64,000 nt of DNA from Mobula hypostoma. Lineage: Eukaryota. Numbering within the stretch: the first letter of the stretch is position 1; every line of letters starts with the position of its first letter. The position numbers and the translations under genes are program-made. Shown in pieces: positions 52,931-64,000 of this stretch. The notes beneath the pieces were generated by a model. That model worked only from the letters and a program-made list of their open reading frames with translations. It made no database searches and was not told where the DNA came from. The DNA lies in NCBI RefSeq assembly GCF_963921235.1, contig NC_086108.1, forward strand, positions 71,736,001 through 71,800,000, read 5' to 3'.

Positions 52931-53639
52931 TCGATAAAACCACTGAAGAAGTACCAAATATGGAGTTTCTATTAATATGAAATATTTATTTGAAAAAAAC
53001 CCAGTAAATTTATGAAATAACTTGGTAATTCTTTTCGATATACTTATATAATCAATTTCTTAAGAAGAATGATGACAGGTTTATTTTGCTTTGACAATAA
53101 TTTGGATGGGATTCCACAGCAGTAGCTCAGGATTGTGTTCAGGTGCCCAAGTATGTATGTCAGACTTGATTACAGATTGGCGTTCAATGATTGCACACAA
53201 TTTATGATGACTAGTTGCAAGGTGTATAACCTTGGTCATTTAATCTTGAATGAACATTCATATCCAAGAAGATTTTAGTATTTCCCTCCTACATTTTTGT
53301 GGCTTTGTTCGTGTCAGTAGCTTTGTACGTGTAATGGGGGTGAAATTCGATGTCACGGAACAGAACCACCAAGATGAAATCGAGAGGTCTAATCTCTTGC
53401 ATCTAATCATTGATGCAAATGTATCCAAAATTTTTTGTTTGAGTGTTCTGAAAGCACTCTTGTTATTGATCTAAAATAAGACTAAGATGCAAATAAAAGT
53501 CTTATTAGTCAAAACCCTGGCCAAACTTTTATACCAGGAAGCTCTGTTACATTTGTTCAGTCTTATGGTAACCTAACCAGCAGTGCTTAAAGGATGTCAC
53601 AAAAGCATCCACAAATTCAAAGTGTCTGCTTCTTGACCT

Positions 53640-53852
53640 TGTTAGAACAGCCTAAAGATGTGAGGGTTTATAAGTTAATTGCTCACTGTAAATTGTCTAT
53701 ATTGTACAGATAAATAGTAGAATCTTGTTAAGGGGAGTGGAAGAGCTGATGGGAATTCTGGGAGAATAACGTGGGATAGGGTGGTATTAGTGTAGAAACG
53801 GATGTGGATCTGTTGGACCAAAGGGCCTACTTTTGTGTTGTGTCTGTCTATG
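53640..53852 (+). mobile_element. HE1/V-SINE 3' half, degenerate
   Basis: aaagatgtg...taagttaattg.tcactgtaaattg followed by a CR1-like tail ggaccaaagggcct...tctatg. Confidence 0.55.
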
Positions 53853-54334
53853 CACCGATCAGCCTAATATCAGAAGAGCTGGAACATACCTCTTCCCAGC
53901 ACAACAATGTAGTAACATGTCTTGCTCTGGTGTCTAGCTGAACGTTACTGCTGGTGACCGTTGCCCAGAATCGCTGCTCTGCTAGCAGACTGCCTGAGAT
54001 TACAAGGAGGTGAAGCCGTCTCATCAGGCTCATATGGAAACATGGCTCGTTAGCCAGCTCTGCTAATAGTCCCTGGGCTCGGTGGTGAAAAGGCCACCTT
54101 TCATAAACAATACACGTCTAGGGTTGGTATGACTTGGGTCCAACCAGAAAGGAAAGTTAGGATGTTTCAATTAACAGAACCCTGATTTGAGCGAATACTG
54201 TGTAAATACTGCCCATACACAATTATCCATCAGCAAGAAATAACAGATCTTACACCACAGACTGTACAATTAGAAAGGAAATGTATTTTCTAATTTTATC
54301 TTTATCAACCAATTATTATTACTGTTACAATTGC

Positions 54335-54750
54335 CATGGAGAATTTCAATATGCAGGTAGATTGGGAAAGTCAGGTTGGTGCTGGATTACAGGAGGGGGA
54401 ATTTCACAAGTGATCATAATATGATCAAATTCACCCTGAAATTTGAGAAGGAGAAGCTAAAGTCAGATGTATCAGTATTACAGTGGAGTAAAGGGAATTA
54501 CAGAGGCATGAGAGAGGAGTTCACCAGAATTGATTGGAAAAGAACACTGACAGGGATGGCTGGAATTTCTGGAAGCAATTTGGAAGGTATAAGATATATA
54601 CATCCCAACAAGGAAGCAGCATTCTAAAGGCAAGATGACACAAGGGAAGTTAAGGCCAACATAAAAGCCAAAGAGAGGGCATATAATAGCTAGTGGGAAG
54701 TTAGCAGATTGGGAAGCTTTTAAAAACCAACAGAAGGCAACTAAAAAATG
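54335..54750 (+). mobile_element. CR1 ORF2 internal fragment
   Basis: SDHNMIKFTLKFEKEKLKSDVSVLQWSKGNY, similar to 4200-4560. Confidence 0.85.
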
Positions 54751-56227
54751 AGCTATGAGACTAAAACCCTGCCTGCTCTCTTAAAACAATTCTATAGTAT
54801 TATTTCAATAAAAAGCAGGGGAATTATCCCCTCGGATCTGGACAATATCTATACCTCAACATTACTGAAAGTAGCATTTGTGCTTATTTTCATATTACTG
54901 TTTATCTAATCTTGTTGTATGCAACTTGGCAGCCATGTTTCTCTCATTACAATAGTGACTATTTTGAAAATGTCTTGCTAGCTGGGTGGTGCTCTGGGTC
55001 ATTCTAGAAGAGATGTGATAGGTACTGTGAAGGGGAAGTTGCCTTTTTTTAAAAATCCAACTAGCTCAAATAACCTTTCTTCTTGTTGCTTAATCACTCT
55101 ATTCCATTAGGTAAAAAGGAGAAGGACAATAACAAACAAATAATGCGGTAATGATATCTGGGTAAATCATGAGTATGTTTTTAGTAATTCAGTTTTTCCC
55201 AGATTTGCTCATGTTGTTTCTTCTTCTCCTGTGGAATGAAGAGTTTGCACTTTCTACCTCTCGATTTCCCCTTCCTTTCATGTTTCATAAATTATTGTTC
55301 ATTTTACCTGAGGCTTATCTTGCAGGGTAATAGGATGCTGCTCTGTAACTGTGATTCTACTGATTTGAATGTCTTGCCAGGTTCCTCCTCAAAGGGAATA
55401 GGGAAAAACTGTAAATATAGAGCAGACCTGTCTGTCGACTGGTTTTCTGGATGTGGACGTTAATTTTGCAGTTTAATTGATATTCTATGTTGCATTTTAA
55501 TGTCAATTGAGAGGTTAAATAGAAGTATTCATGTCTCATAAATCAACATCCCACTGCCTCGTAACACACAAATAGAAGAAAATGAGATTGTGACTACTCT
55601 GATCCCCACAGGTGAAGCGAAAACTCACAGCAAATTACTGAATATTATTATCTTAGCACCAATGAAACACAATAATTGGTGTATTAATTTATTTTAAAAA
55701 TTAATTTGCAGGATATGCGCGTTGCTGGCTAGGCTAACATTATTCATGCATCTCAAGCTGCACTTGGTGATGATAGGGATGGATAGGCATTTTTGAAGTA
55801 TCTCCAGGGTTCCTCTGGGTGAGGCTTACCCTTGGGTTATTCGGTGGGGTGTACTAGGAGTTAGAGTCAGGGATAAAGAAGGAGCAGCAGTATATTTTCA
55901 CATTAACGTGGGACACAAATTGGAAGAGAGCTCTGGCATGGTTCTTCTGGAGGTACAGTTTGTGGGTTTTGTGAGGTGGTGAATGCCATTAAGTGGGATG
56001 ACTTGCCCTGAATGGTGCTGTTGAAAATGGATCCATTCAAGCTTCTGGAACTTCTGGTTGAAAACAGTTGCAGTTCCATCTCCCTTTTCTGTTTGGAATT
56101 CATCTGCTGGGATTTGGAGGTTGACAATTTTTTTGGAAACTCTTCCTCCAGTTAGCTGTTCAATTATCAACCACGAATTGTGACTAAATGTGGTAGGACA
56201 TCGGAAGCTTAGTTCTGTCTATCGCAG

Positions 56228-56560
56228 GATGTTTCCCATGGTGAGAGAGTCTTGGACAAGAGGGCACTGCCTCAGGATAGAGGGGCGCCTTTCAATACAG
56301 AGATGCGGAGAAATTTCTTTAGCCAAAAGGTGGTGAATTGGTGGAATTTGTGGCCACAGGCAGCTGTGGAGGCCAGGTCTTTGGGTGTATTTAAGGCAGA
56401 GATTGATAGGTTCTTGATTGACATGGCATCAAAGGTTACAGGGAGAAGGCCAGGAACTGGGGTTGGGGAGGAGATTGAAAAAAGGATCAACCATGATTGA
56501 ATGCTGAAGCAGACTCGATGGGCCAGATGGCCTAATTCTGCTCCTATGCCTTATGGTCTA
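56228..56560 (+). mobile_element. CR1 3' end
   Basis: EMRRNFFSQKVVNWWN; ttatggtcta tail. Confidence 0.9.
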
Positions 56561-57079
56561 TTAGCTAACGTTTCAATTTTGTCTGGTTAACACCTCATTT
56601 TATATACAACTATCGTTCCTCATTCCTCATTGAAACAGGGCTGATGGGAATCAGGGAGACGTTGGGTCATGGGGTTATACGGGTCGATGAGATTGCTGTT
56701 GGTAGTCCATAATACCTCACAGATGCCTAGTTTTTGGACTGTCTGATGTCAAGTTAGTTTGCTACATGTAATGTTAGCCACATAGTATAATGACCTGAAG
56801 ATGAAACTTGGTCCCTACAAGTACTGTATTGTGGTTATTCAAACCTATACTTCTATGGTAGATGTTTCTATAACTTTCTTCTTGATGAAGACATATTGAA
56901 ATATTTTTTGCAATATAGCATTACTATGGGGGCCAAGGTGCTGGAACGCATTACCAACAGTCACACACAAGATCACAACCATGGAATAAGAGTCCCTATG
57001 CATCGCACAACCCCCCGCCCCGACCCAGAAACACTGTGTCTTCAAGCCCAGCCCTCACACATACAAGTCAACAAACCCA

Positions 57080-57960
57080 TATAGAATATCAATAAAATAC
57101 AACAATGCAGATTAAGCGTGTATATATTCCAGAACAACACCCCCAGCTCACCGATATCATCTGCTGACTCGCCTTGATGCCCACTAAGCGATACCGTGGC
57201 TTAGTTGCCCAGTGCTCGCATATACAAGCACGGTAGAATGTTAGTAACACCGCAAAAACGCAGAATATGCATAAAAATATAGTCCAGCCCCAGATAATCT
57301 CACGGTCAGCCCTGACTCCGACGCCCACTACGCGACACCGCAGCTTAGGGGACCAGTGCTCACATATACAAGCACAGGTTGAACAAGTTGGGTCTTTATT
57401 CTTTGGAGCGTAGAAGGTTGAGGGGGGACTTGATAGAGGTACTTAAAATTATGAAGGGGATTGATAGATTTGATGTGGATAGGCTTTTTCCATTGAGAGT
57501 GGGGGAGATTAAAACAAGAGGACATGAGTTGAGAGTTAAAGGGCCAAAGTTTAGGGTAACATGAGGGGGAACTTCTTTACTCAGAGAGTGGTAGCTGTGT
57601 GGAACGAGCTTCCAGCAGAAGTGGCTGAGACAGGATCGATGTTGTCATTGAAAGTTAAATTGGATAGCTATATGGACAGGAAAGGAATGGAGGGTTATGG
57701 GCTGAGTGCAGGTCGGTGGGACTAGGTGAGAGTAAGAGTTCGGCACGGACTAGAAGGGCCGAGATGGCCTGTTTCCATGCTGTAATTGTTATGTGGTTAT
57801 ATGGTTATATAGAATATTAGTAAAAACACAACAATGCAGAATATCAGCCCCATATCATCACGTGATTGGCCCCGACGCCCACTAGGCGACACCATGGCTT
57901 AGAAGCACAGTGCTCGCGTATACAGGTACATATAGAATATTAGTAAAAACACAACCAGAC
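57080..57960. repeat. Diverged tandem repeat (unit ~130-150 bp, about 3 units) interrupted by a CR1 3' end (57376-57810, +)
   Basis: Recurring gacgcccacta.gcga.acc...gcttag...cagtgctc.c.tataca...tagaat.ttagtaa near 57175, 57320 and 57875; CR1 tail ttatatggttatat. Confidence 0.8.
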
Positions 57961-59129
57961 AAATATATATGTATATAGTCCAGACCCCTCAGTCCAACTG
58001 AAATCTTCAGTCAGCCACAACTATGCTGCACCACCCCCAGTAGAACAAGATGGCCCGGATGCCTCTCTCATGGTCCCTCACCAGTTGCAGCAGTTTAGGT
58101 TTTGCTGCCTGGTCATTAAGGCCCATTGATCCTGTCTTATTACTACAAAGAAACCCCTTCATCCTTAACCCATGATACACTCCATACCCTTGTTAGTCAT
58201 GGAGGTATACTCACTGAACCAGCAGCTGAGATGAGAAAGTAGGTTTGATTCAGTGTCACCTAAATTCAAGAGTCAATGTTGAAGACTTTTCTGCCTCTAT
58301 AAACTACCTGTAATGGGTACCCAGAAATTCTGGAGGAGGAATCTGTGGGAGAAGTCTGACTTGTTGGCTGTGAGATCTGTTGGATATTTTTTGAACAGAG
58401 TTTGAGATCATGCTCCCAATTTAGACTGCAGTCTCCATATATCAATTAGGAGGGTAGAAATGTGCTAAAAACAACACTTTTTTTTTCTGATTCCAGTGAT
58501 TAATTTGATGCCAGGTTGCCCAGTTGTTTTCATTTTATCTAATAGCAGTTTTGATATTATTAAATAGCTTGAATGTTACCTGCCCATTTCAGAGGACATT
58601 TGTGAGGCAGTCAGATAACTGTCGATCTGGAGCTGAATACAGGCCAGACAGGATAATAATAGAAAAGAACCCTCCATAAAATTTGTTGGTGAATCAGCTG
58701 GGTTTTTAAGATGATCTAACTTTGCTTCAAAACATAACCAGATGAGCAGAATTAAAATTCCTCAGTGTCAGAGTGAGAATAGTAGAACTCGTATCTCCAG
58801 ATCAGTTACTAGTTAGGCTGCGTACAAACTACTTATTTCATGCATTCTGTTGGCAATACTCATATAGTTTTCTTGCAATTCTTGCACTTGTCTACTTCCT
58901 GTTCAAGTTTTTGTTGTGCCAACTCTTGATTGTAGTTATGATTTTGCATAGTTGATATATGAAATGGAACTTTCTAAGATTAAAACTTACTCCACACAGT
59001 TTCTCCATCTTTGGTGTTCTGGTTATCAAGTGATGTTTTATTCTCACAACAATGCCTACTTTCAAAAAGCAGTTGATAGGCTGAGATGGGTGGCTTACCA
59101 GAGGTGTTTCTGAGGGAGAAAATACACAA

Positions 59130-60375
59130 GCATTTTGGAAAGTGCTTGTATTAATGACTAAAGATCGTCAGCACATCTTTGTGTATGGGAGATTATCTCT
59201 CATGAATTTGCCTGAGTTTTGTGAAAAAGTAATTCAGAAGGTCAATGAGGGTGGGGGGTATATATGATCTATATGGGCTTCAGTAAGACCTTTCTTTGAT
59301 AAGCTTTTGCATGGTAGACTACTATGAAGAGTTAGCTCAAATGGAGCCCAGAGACAGCTAGCTCATCGGATATTAAATCGGCTTGTTGATAGGAAGCAGA
59401 GAGTAATGGTGGTTTGTTTTGGGGAACGGAAGCCTGTGACTAATGGTGTTCACCCGGGCTCAGTGCTACCCCTGTTGCTATTTATCATTTATATTTATGA
59501 TCTGGATGAAAATGTACTAGGTATTGTTAGTAAGATTGCTGATATCACTAAAGTAGGCAGTGTCATTGACAGTGTGACAGTTATTAGGGTTTACAGAGGG
59601 ATCTTGATGAGTGGTCCAAGTAATGGAAAATGGAGTTTAATTTAGATAAGTGTGAGGTATTGCATTTTGAGAAGACAAATGAAGTTAGGATTTTTACAGT
59701 GAACATTAGGGTTCTCAGAATTATTTTGGAACAGAGGGACCTAGGAGCGCACGTGCATCATTCTTCAACATGGCATCATAGGCAGACAAGGTGTTGAAGG
59801 ATGAATTTGGTATGCTGATCATCATTGATTGGGACACAGAATAAAGAAGTTGGAATGTAATGTTGTTGTTGTGCATTACATTGGTGAGGCCATTAAGTTA
59901 GAAAGAGTGGAGAGGAGACATGAGATCGTTGCAGTAATCTGGGTGACTGAGTTAGGGGAGACAGTGAGCAAGTTGGGACGTTTTTCATTGGAGTATGGGA
60001 GAATGAAAAGTCGTTTTATAGAGGAACATATATATGAGGAACATAGATAGGGTGAATGCCCACTGCCTTTTTGCCAGGGTTGAGGAACCAAGAACTGTTG
60101 GGTCTAGGTTTAAGTGAGGAGGAGAAATTTTACAGGAACCTGAGGAACAACTTTTTCACCCAGTGAGCGGTCAGTCTGTGGAATGATCTGCCAGAGGGAG
60201 CAGTTGAGACAGGTATATCAACATTTAAAAATTACTTGTACTGGTAAATAGATAAGAATGGTTTAGAGTGATATGGGCCAAACAATGGCAAACAAACCAT
60301 GCTTTGATGGATATCTTGTTTGCCACAGACGAGATGAGCTGGACGGCTTGTTTCCATGATGTATGCTGCTGTGAC
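59130..60375 (+). mobile_element. Old CR1 RT-to-3' fragment
   Basis: PVTNGVHPGSVL, IYIYDLD, KIADITK; CR1 3' end remnants. Confidence 0.85.
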
Positions 60376-61356
60376 TACTGGGCAGTTCATTTGTTTTGGT
60401 CCAGCTTTACTTTGTTCTCCCTTTATCTCGATTACTGACTGAGGCATAAATATCATTAAGCCAGAGGGAGAGAGGAATGGGAAGAAAATAAAGAGGAGAA
60501 AATGAATGTAGAGGGAGAAAGAAGTAAAACAGGAGAAGGTGTGACATGAGGAAAACAGCAGAAAGAGAAAGTGGAAGAAGAGCATGGGGAGGGATAGTCA
60601 GGCAGAGGGAGAGAGAGACAGTTGGAAACAAAACATAAATTTGAATCATTAGTGGTGAATTTTTTTGTGACTTGGCAATAGAACTGTGGCAATCTCAGAA
60701 GTTTCAGTGCCCATTGCTTGGTTAGAACTTATGTCAATTATAGTTTCAGTAGTTGCCTGAGATAACCAGCCCAAGTCAAACAGTGAAACCTATACACCTC
60801 ATAAAAGCATAAAATATTGTCTTGACACAATGAAAGTACAGAGGAGGCTGTACTGTAGCTATTGCAGCTGTGTGCTTCTCATGGAAATTCAATATTTACA
60901 CAAACTTCAATGCATTAGCTAAAGTAAAGAAGTTGCTGGGTTATTTGCATAGCTATAAATCTTTGCAGTGAAATTGTATGACATGCACTGCCTGATTGTG
61001 CTACTGATTAATTTTGAAGGACGAGAATTTTCAAGGTCAAGTTTAATCAAGTTTCATGAATCATGCTGAGAACAGTAAACAGTTGTGAAAACTGGTGAAA
61101 TTTATCATGTACACATTTTTACTACACAATTCAATCCCTAAGTCAGACTCATTAGTTTGCTTAACAAAGAGCCTTATTCTGGTTGTAAAAAGTAGATCAC
61201 AGGGTCACCAGATGCTACAGGGATTTGCACAGTTTTATTCTCCCTTCCAAAGCATTCTTATCGATGTTGAGCTAATCTGGGAGTGAAACATCAAAACATT
61301 ACAATGTACATGAAAGAAATAAAGCTAATTTTATTTTAAAAATCCTTTATATTATT

Positions 61357-62720
61357 CAAGGTTCAAAATTCAAGAATGTTTATTATTATGCTTTAGTACA
61401 TGATTGTAAAGGAGAAAGAAATGATTGTAATTCCAGATCTGATGCAGTTTAAAAAGCACAATAAGCATAAAGAACACAATTAAAAAAACAAAAAAACCCA
61501 CATTAAATATAAATATGAAAGCAATCCTATAAAGCACAATGTACAAGTAACTGTTACATATAGATTGATTGTATGTTCATAAAGTGACACAAGGTGATGT
61601 GTCCTCCCTTCCAAAACGTGTTGATGGTGGTGGTAGTGGCAGTGGGGGTGGTTAACGGCTGGAAGTGCTAATCAGCCAGACAGCTTGTGGGAAGTCACCG
61701 ACAAGAGAAAATCTGCAGGTGCTGGAAATCAAAGTAACACACACTAAATGCTGGAGGAACTCAGCAGGCCAGGCAGCATTTCAGCAAAATATAGAAACAT
61801 AGAAAATAGGTGCAGGAGTAGGCCATTCAGCCCTTCGAGCCTGCACCGCCATTCAGTATGATGATGGCTGATCATCCAACTCAGAACCCTGTACCTGCCT
61901 TCTCTCCATACCCCCTGATCCCTTTAGCCACAAGGGCCATATCTAATTCCCTCTTAAATATAGCCAAATGAACTGGCCTCAACTGTTTCCTGTGGCAGAG
62001 AATTCCACAGATTCACCACTCTCTGTGTGAAGAAGTTTTTCCTAATCTCGGTCCTAAAAGGCTTCCCCTTTATCCTTAACTGTGACCCCTCGTTCTGGAC
62101 TTCTCCAACATCGGGAACAATCATCTTGCATCTAGCCTGTCCAATCCCTTTAGAATTTTATATGTTTCAATAAGATCCCCCATCAATCTTCTAAATTCCA
62201 ACGAGTATAAGCCTAGTCGATCCAGTCTTTCATCATATGAAAGTCCTGCCATCCCAGGAATCAATCTGGTGAACCTTCTTTGTACTCCCTCTATGGCAAG
62301 AATGTCTTTCCTCAGATTAAGGGACCAAAAGAGTAAGCAGTTGACATTTTGGGCCGAGACTCTTCATCAGGATCTGACAAAGGGTCTTGACCCGAAACAT
62401 CGACTGTTAACTCTTTTCTATTCTTGCTGCCTGGCCTGCTGAGCACCAGCAGCATCTTGTGTGTGTATTAGCTTGTGTGCAGTAACTGTTTTTGAGACTA
62501 GTGGGTCTGGGGTGGATGCTGCATAGTCTCTTCCTTGATGGGAATGGGGCAAACTGTCCAAATGCAGAGTAGGTGGGAACCTTTATAATATTGCTGGTCT
62601 TTCTCTGGCACCATTCTGTATATAGGTCCTTGAAGGCGGGTAGGTTAGTGCTGGTGATGATTTGTACATCATTATATATTGTATGCTTTTGCAATATCAA
62701 CATTGTCTTCTTAGACCTAA
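61357..62720 (-). mobile_element. Three-level nest: Rex1/Babar 3' fragment containing a palindromic PLE element (61701-62468), which contains a young CR1 3' end (61791-62327)
   Basis: Degenerate TSD agcttgtg.g.agt.ac near 61682 and 62470; oppositely oriented decayed hammerheads 62338-62406; CR1 closely matches 2157-2692. Confidence 0.85.
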
Positions 62721-63399
62721 TGACATGGATTTCCATAAATGCCCAAATGTTGTACTTTTATCATTTATTCATTTTCCAGGATATGAAGGTCACTCACAAA
62801 ACCAATATTTATTGTCCATCCCTAATTGCCCTAGAGACATTATGCCATGAGTCACTTTCTGGGATGCATTCCTTAGATCTCTATTCTCACAGTGCTGTTG
62901 AATTGAGGGTTTCAGGTTTTAGGTCCAGTGTTGATGAAGAATAAGGTATATGCTTAAATCAGGATGTTGTGCACATTACGTGCAGATGGCTGTATTCCCT
63001 TGGGTCTGCTGTTCTTGAACCTCTTAGTGCTAGAGGATGAGGACTTGGAAAGTGACGTCAGAAGACCCTGTGTGAGTAACTGAAGTTCCTTGCGTACATG
63101 GTAGCCACAGTGCGCTGCTAGAGGTGACAATGAACACTTAGGGTGATTGATGTGATGGCAGTCAAGCTTCCTGAGAGTTGTTAGAGTTGCATTCATTCAG
63201 GCAAATAAGGGTAACATCTTCAGTATTAAAACAGGTCACTTATATTAATGCGTTAATAACATTTGTGCTATTTCCTTTTTCTGTTAAGGCACTTTTGCAC
63301 ATTATTTAAGTAAAATATTAAGGATTCTTTCCAGCTTTATAGTTTTTTTTCATGAAAAACAATTCCATATTTTTAACTACTCCACTATTTCATCTTTTT

Positions 63400-63505
63400 T
63401 TTCTCCAGTGCTGCCTAAGAGTCTTGGTTTGAAACGTCAGCTGTACTTTTTTCCATAGATACTGCCCGTCCTGCTGATTTCTTCCAGTATTTTGTTTGTG
63501 TTGCC
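63400..63505 (+). mobile_element. Decayed PLE terminal repeat
   Basis: gtcttggtttgaaacgtcagctgtac...atagatactgcc..cctgctga...ccagtattttgtttgtgttgc. Confidence 0.65.
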
Positions 63506-64000
63506 TCCATATTTCCAAAAGGTTTTTTGAGATTTGAGATATTTAAAAAGTATTCTATTTATATATCTCAGATGCCTTCTGATACTCTACTAAACCAAAC
63601 CTACATCTTGTCCCTAGTTCACCTCATGAATTTCATCAGTGTGACAACTACGTTCATCGTCTACTTCAAGCCTTCTCTTGTTCCCTTAAATCCCTGAAAT
63701 GCCTGACAATACAGATTTTCTTGCTCGATCAAATTGTCTTGTGTTCTCTTTCAAGACTACCGTCATTAATTGTGTTCAAAAAATGCCCCTTTGTCTCTGC
63801 AGTCCTTCTCCCACCACCTTTTTTAAAGTGACTCCTTCCTCCACGGCTAACAATGTAGCTGTGTTTTATGATTAGCATTTCCTCCCTCCCCACCCACTCG
63901 CATTGTGACACTCCAGGCATATGAAACACATGACGTGAGAATTATCAGTGCCGCCATTTCCTTCAAGACTACGGACAGGTAAAGTTGAGTGGTAATGTCA

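Noticed and set aside
57080..57960. CRISPR-like repeat/spacer pattern
   Set aside because: Intervening parts are homologous to each other, so this is a diverged tandem repeat
60232..60692. Hydrophobic minus-strand ORFs as membrane proteins
   Set aside because: Artefact of a purine-rich low-complexity tract

Overview
Eukaryotic vertebrate genomic DNA, not a prokaryotic window. The repeat content (dense CR1 LINEs, HE1/V-type and Deu-domain SINEs, Penelope-like elements) suggests a cartilaginous fish (shark or ray); this is inference. Most of the window is transposon-derived and often nested: several CR1 subfamilies (one full-length, several young), an RTE LINE, Rex1/Babar fragments, an L1 3' end, a Tc1 DD34E fragment, SINEs and Penelope-like elements (PLEs). 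Almost every long ORF in the track is a LINE or PLE relic. Candidate minus-strand host exons lie near 0.3 kb and 9.9 kb, but I could not identify the gene. The most interesting signal is RNA-structural. The PLE terminal repeats carry minimal type-I hammerhead ribozyme motifs (CUGAnGA...GAAACGUC). Three young, 170-230 bp non-coding insertions built only from this terminal repeat have clean 13-14 bp target-site duplications (TSDs) and self-copied inverted arms; one is a perfect ~95 bp-arm hairpin. Hammerheads in PLEs are known in general. Whether these short hairpin insertions form a distinct, undescribed non-autonomous family needs a genome-wide search. Boundaries of old repeats are approximate.
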